From Lama guanicoe (taxonomy: Eukaryota): a DNA stretch of 64,000 bases. Under the pieces are notes generated by a model. The model had not been told where the DNA came from. It ran no database searches and saw only the letters and a program-made list of their open reading frames with translations. Positions 25,801-37,437 of this stretch are shown piece by piece. The stretch covers positions 21,393,280 through 21,457,279 of the forward strand of contig MU054187.1 of the NCBI GenBank assembly GCA_013239625.1, written 5' to 3'. The number at the start of each line of letters is the position of its first letter. Position 1 is the first letter of the stretch. The translations under genes were made by a program, and so were the position numbers.

Positions 25801-26639
25801 ACTTAATAACAATATGACTTCATAACACATACTTATCATGGCCATATTTATGTGCTAATAAAGTTAGGTTAGGGTACTCTGTGAAATTGTTCACTACTTT
25901 CAGTTATTATTGAGTTCTAAAGATTATTATAAAGTGGAATGACTTCAGAAAAATTACAAGCCTCGCCCTTAATACTTGTCATGACTAACAGTTACAGAAT
26001 TTTTGTCATAGAATAACATTTATGTCTTGAATATATCTCACTATCTTCCATCTAGAAAAGTAAAACAGTAAAGATCTCCAATTAAATTATTACATAATTG
26101 TTAAGATTTTGTTATGTTTATTGGATGATATATATGTCCTAATTTAAATAAACTTTAACTGCTAAATTTCTTGAACAGCTAAGTAAGCCTAGAGGTAATT
26201 TCAGTTGACAAGTGAGCGTCATCACTCTGTGTTACCAACTAAACGTGTTATTAGTTGTTCCTTTCAGTTATTCTGCGTCAGTTTTTACATCAGTAATAAA
26301 TGAAAGCCTTCATATTATTTATACATCTTAAGTGTGTTACTTTGTTGTTATAGGTTGTTAGAGTGAACAGATTTCTTAATCATTGCATTGAAATATATGT
26401 TAAGAAAGCATTGTCTAATTTTATGACTTTAGAAGACTTACAAGGCACTTTTTTTTAACTGTTTCCCTGTTATTTTATTGCTTTAATAATGTGGTATTAT
26501 TCAAGGCATATTATCTTCATTAGTTGAAAGGACAAAATTAGAATCATATGGAGACTTTCTTGGTAATTCAGTTAATTTCCTGTTTTGTGTCTTTTTGGTG
26601 ACTTTTTAATAGTCCTATTGGCTTTATTTTTCCTGCTAA

Positions 26640-26714
26640 TTTTTCTTTTGTTTTTAATTGAAGTATAGTCAGTTATAATGTGTCAATTTCTGGTGCACAG
26701 CACAATGTCCCAGC

Positions 26715-26748
<34 letters not shown>

Positions 26749-26972
26749 CACATACATTCATTTTCATATTCTTATTCATTAAAGGTTATTATAGGATATT
26801 GGATATAGTTCCTTGTGCTATACAGAAGAAATCTGTTTTTTATCTGTTTATATACATATATGTTGTAGCTAATATTTGCAAATCTCAAACTCCCAAATTT
26901 ATTCCTTCCTCGCCCATTCCCCTGGTAACCATGAGATAGTCTACTATGTCTGTGAGTCTGTTTCTGTTTTTA
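26640..26972 (-). mobile_element. Camelid-type L1 3' end containing a (CA)n tract
   Basis: ttttttaattgaagtatagtcagttataatgtgtcaatttctggtgcacag...tgctatacagaagaaa...cctggtaaccatgag...tgtctgtgagtctgtttctgttt. Confidence 0.85.
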
Positions 26973-28744
26973 CGAGGCATTTCTTGATCAGGTGTTATCT
27001 TACTTTGTGGATTCATTTCTTGCCATTCCACTTTGTGTATTCCAGCTTAGTGTATGATACCGAGTTTTCTTTCTGTTCTCTAAGGAATTCTTTTCATCAT
27101 TAGCACCTCATGTAGCTTCTTCTATTTAGAACACCCTACCCTATTATTTTAGTTAATTCCTATGCATCCTTTGGGAGGCAGTTTAGACAATCACCTCCTA
27201 CTGATTAATTTCTCAAAGCTCCTCATGGCTAGGAAAGTTGATCTTTGTGTGTATTCCTTTGTACTCTGTGTACCATGTGTAAATTATAATCTATCCAGTC
27301 ATCTGGCTATACTCCCTGAGGACAGAGGCCAGATCCGCTTCTTCATTGCTCCCTCCCCAGCATGGCCTGGCTCTAGGAAGCCCTCAATCAATCATTGTTG
27401 AAGGATAAAAGGAGTAGATTGCCTTAGATATGAACCTGTTTCAGCAACTAGAAAATGCAGTTATTCTCCCCAAATAAATCACTATGATGCAGTCTATTGA
27501 TGAAATACCTTTTCCTTTTTATATTCACAAATGTCCATGGATTGAGTTTTAAAGAATATTGTAAAGTTCATGTGCTAAGGCCTTTTTGGTCTCAGCTTTT
27601 AGAGTTATTTTGTCTGCTAGCAACTGTCATATGCTTATTTCATAAGTGGCATAAAAGGGAATCTAAAAACACTTACATTATGTCTTAGGTAATTTAATGT
27701 TTACCCAAAATTTAAGGCACACTTTGGAAGTGACATGAAATGCATATGGTGGCTTCCTCCCAAGGATTTCTGTTGCAGTAATCATGGAGTTACTTTCTAG
27801 TTGATGTTTCCAGATTTTTTGTATCATTATGTTTTAAGAACTCAAGACTAATAACACATTCAGAATTAAAACTTGCTTCTCTACGTTCTCAGTTTTTCCC
27901 CCTATCCAGAGTTGGCTCTGCTTCTAGGTTCCATTATTTGTTAAACCAATTTTGCACCAGTTAGAGAAATAAATTGTTCGTTTCTCCACAGATCTGTAGC
28001 TATTAATCTCAGCAGTAACTCAGTGATTGATGTTTTTTCAGACAGCAACATCGCAGAGACATAGGCTAGAAGGAGTAACTAGAACCAATTCCAGGACCTA
28101 CTGGCTGGATCTATGAAAGTTGAGGCTTCATATCATACGTAATACATCCGTGTTACTAATTTGTGATGCTACTTTTACACTTGGGGATAGAATTAGAATG
28201 GTCATATAAAGTAATTTCACTGCCTACTCTCTTATTCTCTTCTTTCAATGTCCTTTCCGTTATTCTTGCTACTGAGTAGTGACATTAACTGGAAATTCGT
28301 GAATTGTAACTAAAAGTGACCTCATTTCCAAAGCATTTGAAGTCATTGCAGGTGAAGGGTCTCTCAAGGGCTTTCAGTGTTTCAAACATGTGGGTGTACA
28401 ATCTGTGTCAATAATGAAAACTGCACATTAAATTGACCTGAAAGGCTAGAGCACAAACTTTTTCCTCAGCACTGGCAAATTTCTGACATAGAAGCTTAGA
28501 ATGGAATAGTTTAAAGGAAGCTATTAGAATAATGCAGAGACTCTGAAAGGATTTCCATGCTGCACTTTTTTTTCTCTCTCTTTTCTTTTCTAAGTATAAT
28601 TGAGATTTCCAAGAATTTTTACTGACGAGTCATTTTACTTTCTGGACTTGGTAACTGCAAAAAAGATAAAATTGTTAGAGGAGCAATAAGGAATTCAACA
28701 AAGAATTGAAAGCAAAATATGATGTGCTTGATAAATTTATTTCA

Positions 28745-28972
28745 TTCTTACCTTAGTTGGTTAGAGCACCAACCTGAAGGGTCCGAGGTCATAGATTTGA
28801 GCTTTTTGTGGCCCGGATGGTTTAACCCTGTTTCCGGATCATGGACCACTGTGGTCACCCTACCCAGCCATCCTTCAAAGAAGGACCAGGTTCCAAGATA
28901 ACACTGACAAAGGAGGGAAGACAGACCAGACTAGGGCCACTACACATCCATCAGAACTACAATGTCTCAAAG
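28745..28972 (+). mobile_element. Ancient tRNA-derived SINE, MamSINE1-like
   Basis: Degenerate tRNA head ttagttggttagagca...gaggtcatagatttgagc, then gtggccc...ccagccatc...atccatca...ctcaaag, collinear with the recalled MamSINE1 consensus. Confidence 0.5.
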
Positions 28973-30482
28973 TGCGTGTATATACACATCTATGTATATA
29001 TATATATAGTCCTACTTTTACATATATATATAGTTTGTGCCACACTGCTTGTGATGCCTTCATCTACAAAAGAGAATACACTTCTATTTGAATAAAGAGT
29101 TATTTGTTTTCATTTTGATTTATGAAGGCAGTAAAATTCAACCATTTAACTTTCTTTTTGATCAAGTGTAAAGCCTGCACACTTAGAATTTCACAGAATA
29201 CAGGTATCTACCATTTCGAAAAAAATTTGTTTCACAGAGGGATGTGAAGTTAGTCTCAATATTTTTCATTATAGACTTTTAATTTCAGCATGCATAAGTT
29301 AAGGATTAGATAATTTAAAGGACACTGAACTACCAAAGTATGCTTTTATTTTTTTCCTTCAAGGCGTCAGAATGAGTGTGACTAAATTTCTCTCAAAAAC
29401 TGTACTTTGCTTACCATGAAAGAATCAAAGAATCTAAGATTTGTTTCATTGAGAAAGACTTAGGATGGGTTCGGGTACTGCTCTGAGCAAAATTAGTAGG
29501 ACAATTTCCAATTCTATCTAGTTAGGATGACAATATACCGTAGTATTGTTTTAATAAGCACATGTCTTAACACCTACACTAACAGTGCAAACCACAAGCT
29601 AGGGATTTACTTCCAGTTTGAACAAAGTTTATCATGCTCATCACACTGAGTCATAGTGTTTCATAGACTTGGATCTGGTTGGACAGATTCATCAGGACTT
29701 TCATTTGAGTCTGTGCTCCATTTTTTTTATAAATGTAACCTAACAATGACATAAAATCAAGCAAAGAAACTGCAGAATTGTCTAGGCTAACTTCTTCACT
29801 TTGTACAGGAGAACAGGGATTGTTTTATTTGCCCTTCAGAAATGATGACCAATAACTGCTTGCCCACCTTCCTCCTTTGGGGGGGTGGGGTTTTATTCCA
29901 CACCAGTTATTTCATTTAAAAAATAATATTCTTACTGAAAAGTTAAGGCTTAACAGATATACACATGATAATATTCTTCTCCCATACTTAAATAATGAAC
30001 ATCAATTTTCAAGAAGTTCTTTTTATTAGGACAATATTCTGTCTTTTGTTTACAGCCACTTTTTCTAAATTCACCGTTCCACCACATAACTCTTTCCTAT
30101 ATGTGTTTTCCATCATCCTTTATTATCTCTATTAAAGTGTTTAGCATGCTGCAAACTATAGTTCTTTCTTTGCATAGCTCTTTCTAGTAAACTATGATAA
30201 ATATGACTAGATTTATTTTTAATCTTTGGATCTTGTACCTTACCTGGCTCTGTACCCTGCTCATGGTAGGAGCTCAATGAATATTTTATGAATGAATAAA
30301 TGAATGGATTCACTAATACGATGAGTCTTTGGCACTAGTTTTTATCTTCTATTTTTATTATATTTTTAACATATATACTTATAGTCAGTAACATAGATAA
30401 ACAAACACATATATTTACCTTCTAATGAAATTGTCCAGGAAGAGCCATCATATTCTTGGAAGTTTTTAAAAGTGTGCATGGC

Positions 30483-30659
30483 AGTTAATGTTTGTGAGTC
30501 TTGAACTCTCAATTTATCCCTTCCCACTCCCTTTCCCCTCGGTAACCATAAGTTTGTTTACCACATCTGTGAGTCTGCCTCTGTTCATTAGTGTTTACTG
30601 TTTTTTTAAGATTCCACATATGAGGTATCATTTTGTAACTGACTATATACTTCAATTTA
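30483..30659 (+). mobile_element. 5'-inverted (twin-primed) short L1 insertion
   Basis: Antisense L1 3'UTR segment (aatttatcccttcccac...gtaaccataagtttg...agattccacatatgag) followed by a sense 3' tip (tgtaactgactatatacttcaatttaaaaa); TSD aaaagtgtgcatggc / aaaaatgcacatggc. Confidence 0.7.
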
Positions 30660-32495
30660 AAAAATGCACATGGCTAAAAGGTTTAAACCTAAACTCCTTT
30701 TCATGGTTGGCAATATAGGAACTACTTCAAATTCATAATTTGAAAACTTTACCTTATCTGTTGCTCAGTAACCATATAAAAGACAGGCTTCATATCAGAG
30801 TTAGAGACAACTTCATCATTATGTATTCACTCCTTTGGAGTGCTAGGAAAGTTTGCTAAAGATACTCAGTTAGCCATCTATTTACCTGTGTTATAGGAAC
30901 AACGTCCAAGGCTCCTGACCTGCTGTTCCAATTTCTAGCAAACTTAAAAATTACCATCTTTGTCATTCATTTAGAATCCATCTCCTCTATCTCTTTTGGC
31001 CCAGAGCCCCAGGCTTTGATCTAGGACTTCTAAAGCAACTTGTTTTGGCCTCTCTCCTCTATCACTTGCCAAATCATTATAAAATGAAATAAAATAAAAT
31101 AAAAACTCCTCCATATTTTATCAATGTAATTTCCGAAATTCTCAGTTATTCCTCTGGATCTGATTTCATCTCCCCCCCCCATATTATGCACATTACACTG
31201 TTTAAGATTTTATTTCCCTCATTTCCCTGGAATTTGTGCTTGGAAGTTCACCAAGTAACGATCAAATTAGTATTCCAAAATAAAACTCTTAAGTAGAGGT
31301 GCTCTGTATATTTCACAATGCTTAATTAATCTTCCCCAATGGAACACTTCAATGTTATTTTCATAATGGGAATAGTGTTATGAGCTCTAAGAACATTTTA
31401 TTTTGCAATCACTATTTAATTATGAAGCATAGCTTCATTCATTCTTTTCCTTGATGTGCAATCAACCTGCTGTTTATCATGGTCTGAAACTAATGGCAGG
31501 TAAGGTTGTTACATATACTTCAATTGTATGTATTTAATGAATATTCTATAAATTTCCCACTGCTTAAGATCTGCCCAAACCAGTGCTATTTTTCAATCGT
31601 CTAAGCACCAATGTTATTCAAGTGTATTGTGTCAAAATGTCATTTTCACTTTTCAGGAAGTTTTTTTTTCAGGTTTTTTGTTTCTTTCTAGATATAACAT
31701 AATTGCCAAGGTCATTAAATAATATATGAAGATACATTGTCATGACAAAAAACCAACCAAGAATGGATATAGGCCACACTGGTTTCTTTCCCCATGACTG
31801 TAGAAATTTGATTTGTGATAATGGTAGTTAATTATTTTGAACAATGAATCCAATCCATCTAGTCACTTTACCAAGGAAAAATGATAGTATTAAACAAGAA
31901 CTTGATAAGATTGGAATGGACTACTAAAATAGATTAATTAGTTTGATACATGCTTTAATCAAAAAGTGCTGTCGTGTCCTTTGGTGGAAAATACATCTGT
32001 TCATGTGCAAAAGAATGATGGTTCTTAAAAAAAAAACTTAATTTTCAGTTCCTTTAATAACAGTTCTAACATTCACCATGGTCTAGTTGAGGGTTAACAT
32101 TATGTAGTATATGTCTGTGAGTTCTTCAATTTAGAAATACAAGTTACTATGAGAGATAATAAAGCTGCCAGAACCCAGATACGTGAATCTCATAGTGAAT
32201 GATACAGCTTCCTATATACTCTGTTCATCAACATTAGAAAAGATGAAAAGCTTAATCTAGTGGTAAACAACCTGCATAAATATATTTTATGTTTTTTTTT
32301 CTGGATGCATACCGGAATAGCAAACACATTTAATAACATCGAGTGATCTAGTTTGAAATCATCAGTTTGCCTTAAGTTTAAAACGAGAACTATGGAAATC
32401 TTTATTTTTTACAAGCGGGTAGGTTTAAATTTTCATTGGATATAAAACAATAAAATATTACTACTTCACAAAATTTTAAGACAAAGTATTTCTTT

Positions 32496-32977
32496 TTTTA
32501 GTGAAGGAGTTTTTTTTTTTTAATTGAGGCAGTCAGTTTACAATGTTGTGTCAATTTCTGGTGTGAGGCACAATGCTTCAGTCATACATGAATATACATA
32601 TATTCATTTGCATATTCTTTTTCACCATGAGCTACTACAAGATATTGAATATATTTCCCTGTGCTATACAGCATAAACTTTTTTCAATCTATTTTATATA
32701 TACCAGTCAGTATCTGCAAATCTCAAACACCCAGTTTATCCCCTCCCATCACCCTTCTCCTTGGCAACCACAAGTCCATATTCTATGTCTGTGATTCTGT
32801 TTCTGTTTTATATATAAGTTCATTTCTATTTTTTTTTTAGATTTCACATGTGAGTGATATCATATGGTATTTTTCTTTCTCTTTCTGGCTTACTTCAATT
32901 AGCATGACATTCTCCAGGGCCATCCATGTTGCTGCAAGTGGCATTATTTTATCATTTTTTATGACTGAGTAGTATTC
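32496..32977 (-). mobile_element. Camelid-type L1 3' end with TSD
   Basis: Poly-T, ttaattgaggcagtcagtttacaatgttg...catccatgttgctgcaagtggcattatttt...gagtagtattcc; TSD caaagtatttcttt (32482-32495) / caaagtctttcttt (32978-32991). Confidence 0.9.
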
Positions 32978-33416
32978 CAAAGTCTTTCTTTATTATAAAA
33001 GTAATGTCAGATATTTAAAATGGCCTTACAGCAACTTGAATATATAAAATCAAGAATAGCCATAATTTTGAATAACTGCATAATAGACAAACCTGCTTAC
33101 TGATAGCAAAATTGATCCAGATTACATTTATACAACTTTCTCTTTGGAGGTGTAGTCCTATGAAACGTCTTTCTCACAGATAATGGTTGAAAAATTAGGG
33201 AAAGTCCAAAAGAGATCTTTTAGTTACTATCTAACAGTTTAGTTGGGTTTTGTGACTATAACTAAAGGATAAATATTAATCTAATGTGATTTAAACTCTA
33301 TTTAGACTTTCAAAAAAGAGAAAACAGCATGATGACATTTTTAACAGCAATGTTTATTAAACAGAAGTTGGCTTAAATTCATGTTTGGAAACAAAATATG
33401 CAATATCATATAAGAT

Positions 33417-33477
33417 TATCTATCTATCTATCTATCTGTCTATCTATCTATCTATCTATGTATCTGTGTATCTATCC
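33417..33477. repeat. (TCTA)n microsatellite, imperfect
   Basis: Directly visible. Confidence 0.9.
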
Positions 33478-34049
33478 AATGTAGAAGGAATCTATTACTC
33501 ATGGTATAAGAAAGCCAATTTCCAGAATTTGCTTTTTTCCCTGCTTTTTAAAGATTTTTACCAAGCTTATTTTATGGCTCCAGCCCAGGTGACTTTCAGC
33601 TTTTACGTGATAAAAGCATTAAATTTTATTCATATATTTAGCAAACATTTATTTAATGATAAGTACACTGTGGTAGGGGCTGTAAATATTCATGAGGTGG
33701 TCTCCATCCTCATGAGGTTTACACAAATACAACACAAATTGTGCACAAAATTCCCTTGTCTTCTTGAGAAAATAAGATTATTTCTGCCATGGGTATTTAA
33801 AACTTAAAGGACAGGTAGATTATTGGTAATTAGAAGAAGGGAGGAGGGTCTATAATGAAACAGAAGTGGAGAATTGGAAGAGACCGGGTATGTTTAGAGA
33901 ATAAAGAAGGGTTAACTTTATGCCCGAGTTAGAACTCTTAAATAGCTCTGCTGGAAAGAGGGTTATGAGATGTAAATATGAATAAACATAAGATTGGAAG
34001 ATCTCCCCTGGTTTACTTGAAGTGTGACATTCATTCTATGGTGATAATG

Positions 34050-34295
34050 ACATCAACTATTGAGTGTCTCCTAAGATGTATGGGGCATGATTCTAAGCCT
34101 CTGAATGCATTATCTGACTGATCTTCCCAATAAGCTGATAAGGAGTTATTGTGTCCATTTTATAGAAGAGGACACCAAGCTTTAGAGCCATGCAATAGTT
34201 ACTCCTAAATTGGTAAATACCTGAGCTAAAATACGAAACAAGGAAACAAAATACCCCCACCCTTTTAGACTCCAAAGGCTTAAATACATCCTCAC
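34050..34295 (-). mobile_element. MIR remnant
   Basis: tattgagtgtc...ttattgtgtccattttatagaagaggacaccaagctttagag...tagactccaaaggcttaaat, antisense MIR core. Confidence 0.6.
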
Positions 34296-35149
34296 TGTAT
34301 TTCTATTCCATGTATCATTAGTGAGGAGCTATAGAAGGTTCTGAGCAGGACAATGAGACATGATAAAAATAGTAGTTTAGGAACCCTGATCTGCCAGGGT
34401 TGTGTCACATGATTTGGATGTGGAAAGGCTAGAAGTAATGACCCAGTTCATCTTAGTAGAGGAATAAAATAATAAAGTCCAGGAGTTCGTGGTGGTAGTG
34501 GGAAGGGAAATTAAAGAGGCTTATACAAAAAGGGGAATGAAACACATCAACTTGAGATGAATGAATATGTTAATGAGTAAGAAGAAAGGGGAGCGGGGAA
34601 AGAGAAGGACGCTAATGATGTTGGGTGGGTGGAGGAGGAAGGGGAGAAAATGGAGATAGTACAGGAGGAGAGAGTACCGGAGAAGTAGGGGCAGAGAAGA
34701 CAAAGTGAGGAGGAGGAAAAGGAGCATTTATTTGCTGAAAAATCCCATTTGACTTGAAAAAGTCAACTAAGCAAGTAGGCTGCATGGAATATGCATTTAC
34801 TTTTTATGATAATCCTATGTGTTAGATATTATTATCTCTAATTTGTACCAGGGGAAATGAAGGCTTAGAAAATCTTGCTTACCTGTAACCACAGCACCTA
34901 TAGGATAATGAAGCTGAAATCTGCACCCACAGAGTTGGATGGCAGAGCTGTGCTCACACGGCCTTCCAGTAACTCTGTGTGGTGAGCGGGGTGGGATTGT
35001 AACCCTTTTCCAAGAATAAAGCTCAGAGAAGTATTTTACCTGAGAGCCTAGAGGAAAGTTTTCTGCTTTAAAAATCTCCCTCTATTTTGGAGTACGAAGA
35101 AGCAGCACACATAATGATTATGCACAATGTATCAGATAATCATCTTTGA

Positions 35150-35945
35150 AGTCTCTTTCTCCTTCATCCTCCATCTTTAATCCATCACCAAACCTCACTG
35201 ATTTTATCTCTTAAATTGCTCTATAATCCATCCACTTCTCTCCACCTTCACACCTACCCAGTTATTGCAAGCATTAACTATCTTATATCTGGGCTACCGC
35301 AGTAACCTTCAAAATGGTGCCTCCCCCATCTCTTACCTACATGCTGCAGTTGGTTTTTTATAATCTAGCCAGGGTCATGTTTCAAAAATCCAAATCTAGT
35401 CTTCACATTCAGAGTAAAAACAAAATAGTGATACAAAACACCTTAAATGGCTTTCTATTGCCCTTAGAAAAAGATGAAAGTCCTTCAGCCACCTACAGGG
35501 TACCTTCTAGGCAGGTGTGTCCTCCTCTGTACCTTCACCCACATTCCGTGTAACTCTGGCGCCTCAGCCATGCTGAGGTCATTGCCCATCTTGCACAAGC
35601 TGGGACTCCATTCACGGTGTTCCCGTTTCATAAAATGCTCTTAACGACCCACCCCCGCTCCCCACATTTTCTTTGTTTAAAGCACATTTCTTGTCCTTGA
35701 GACCTCAGGTCAAGTGCAACTTCCTCAGGAATCTTCCTTGATGCCCCAGAGGTTTCCCTTCAATACAAGCTCTCTGTGCGTTCCCTGTGTAGCTCTCACC
35801 TCTGTTGGTAAATACATATTCACAAGTGTGTTCCTCCCATTTGTCTAGAAGCACCAGGAGAGAGGAATCACATGTCTTACTCACTGTTTTATACCTTGAA
35901 CCTGTACCAAGATAGAGTAGGTGTTTAGAAAATATTTGTTAAGTG
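35150..35945 (+). mobile_element. L2 remnant (3' portion, consensus orientation)
   Basis: aatccatcaccaa...atccatccacttctctccacc...cagccatgctg...ctcaggtcaagtgcaacttcctcagga...tgtcttactcactgttttatacc...gtaggtgtttagaaaatatttgtt. Confidence 0.7.
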
Positions 35946-36294
35946 AACCACAAATGATTAATAGCCCTGTCTGTTTATATACCAGCCCCTCCATTTACTA
36001 AACGCATGACCTTGGGTAATTTTCTTAAACTCCACAAGCGTTTCTTTCCCCATCAGAGAAAAAGAGATGGTTACAATCCAATGAGTTAGATTGTTCATGT
36101 AAAACTCTTAACACATATAATGTTATATATGTTATTATGCTATGAAAACATCAGACATCAGAGATCTCAAATAACAAAGATAACATTCATTGATGCAGAA
36201 ATGACTTATAGTATAAATTAAATAAAAATAAAATGCATTTTAATTTTTGGTAGTGCTTAAAAAGGATGTAACATATGATTTACTTGACAAGGCT

Positions 36295-36572
36295 ATTTTT
36301 TTAAATTGAAGTATAGTCAGTTTACAATGTTGATTCAGTTTCTGGTCTTTCAGTTATACGCATACATACATATTTTCCTTTTCATATTCTTTTTCATTAT
36401 AGATGACTACATGATATTGAATATAGTTACCTGTGCTGTACAGAAGAAATTTGTTGTTTATTTTATATATACTAATATCTGTTAATCTCAAACTCCCAAT
36501 TTACCCCTTCCTACCCCTTCCCCCACTGGTAACCATAAGTTTGTTTTCTATGTCTGTGAATCTGTTTCTGTT
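36295..36572 (-). mobile_element. Camelid-type L1 3' end with TSD
   Basis: ttttttaaattgaagtatagtcagtttacaatgttg...ctggtaaccataagtttgttttctatgtctgtg; TSD ttgacaaggct at 36284-36294 and 36573-36583. Confidence 0.9.
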
Positions 36573-37216
36573 TTGACAAGGCTGTTTCTATTATCATGAT
36601 TTTAAATGCTTATTTTGAAAATTAATATACTTTTTATTCTGGCCCTTTTGGGGCCCAGAGTCAGATATTAGTTTTGGGGAAAGTCAAAATAACCATTAAA
36701 AATAGAGCCTCTGGCTCATCATTCTCTGAAGTTATCTTTTAGGTGTGCTCACACTTACTGCTGTCAGGTAAATGGAGACTATGAAGAGGGTTTAAATGAG
36801 CAACTATCTTACAGCTTAAGAAACACATATAGAGAAACAAACCTGGTGTTATATTTAGCCTGCCATCTAACATTCATATGTCATTTGTTTCAGATCCCCA
36901 GGATAGACTTTCTCATTCACCTATATTATATAAAAATGTCCTCATATTACTAAGAAGTTAAACTAACCTAGAACTGTAGGATTTCTTTTCATCCTGACAC
37001 TCCATAGTTTTATCTCTGATCTATCTCTTCAAGTAGAGTTTGTTAGCATAATGCTTTACAGGAGAACATATGATGAATAAGTATGTAATATTAATATTAG
37101 TACTGGAAACAGAAAGATGAAGTTAGTCCTAAAGATGGAAAAAGTGGGAAAATAATACAGTGGCATTTGTAAGAAAAGAACTCAATTTTAGTTGAAACTT
37201 TAAAGTGCTGGTCTTG

Positions 37217-37437
37217 TCCATTATATGTTATTACAGGAAATTGAATATAGTTCCACATGCTATACAGTAGGTCCTTGTTGTTTATGTATTTTATGTACAG
37301 TAGTGTATACCTATTAATCCCAAACTCCTGTATGCATATGTATAACTGAATCACTTTGCTATACACCTGAAACTAACATTGTAAATTAACTACATTTCAA
37401 TAAAAAATAAAATTAAAAAAATAAATACATATATAAT
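37217..37437 (+). mobile_element. 5'-inverted (twin-primed) L1 3' end inserted in a MIR
   Basis: Antisense segment 37217-~37330 (ttgaatatagttccacatgctatacagtagg...atcccaaactcc), then sense 3' end (tataactgaatcactttgctatacacctgaaactaaca...tcaataaaaaa); perfect TSD gtgctggtcttg at 37205-37216 and 37438-37449. Confidence 0.85.

Noticed and set aside
28042..28138. Exon-like stretch after ttttttcag
   Set aside because: Stops in all three frames and only a weak donor (TAC|GTAATA)
33385..33807. 140-aa ORF
   Set aside because: Built from a (TCTA)n microsatellite and L2-like sequence (IYLS repeats), non-ATG start
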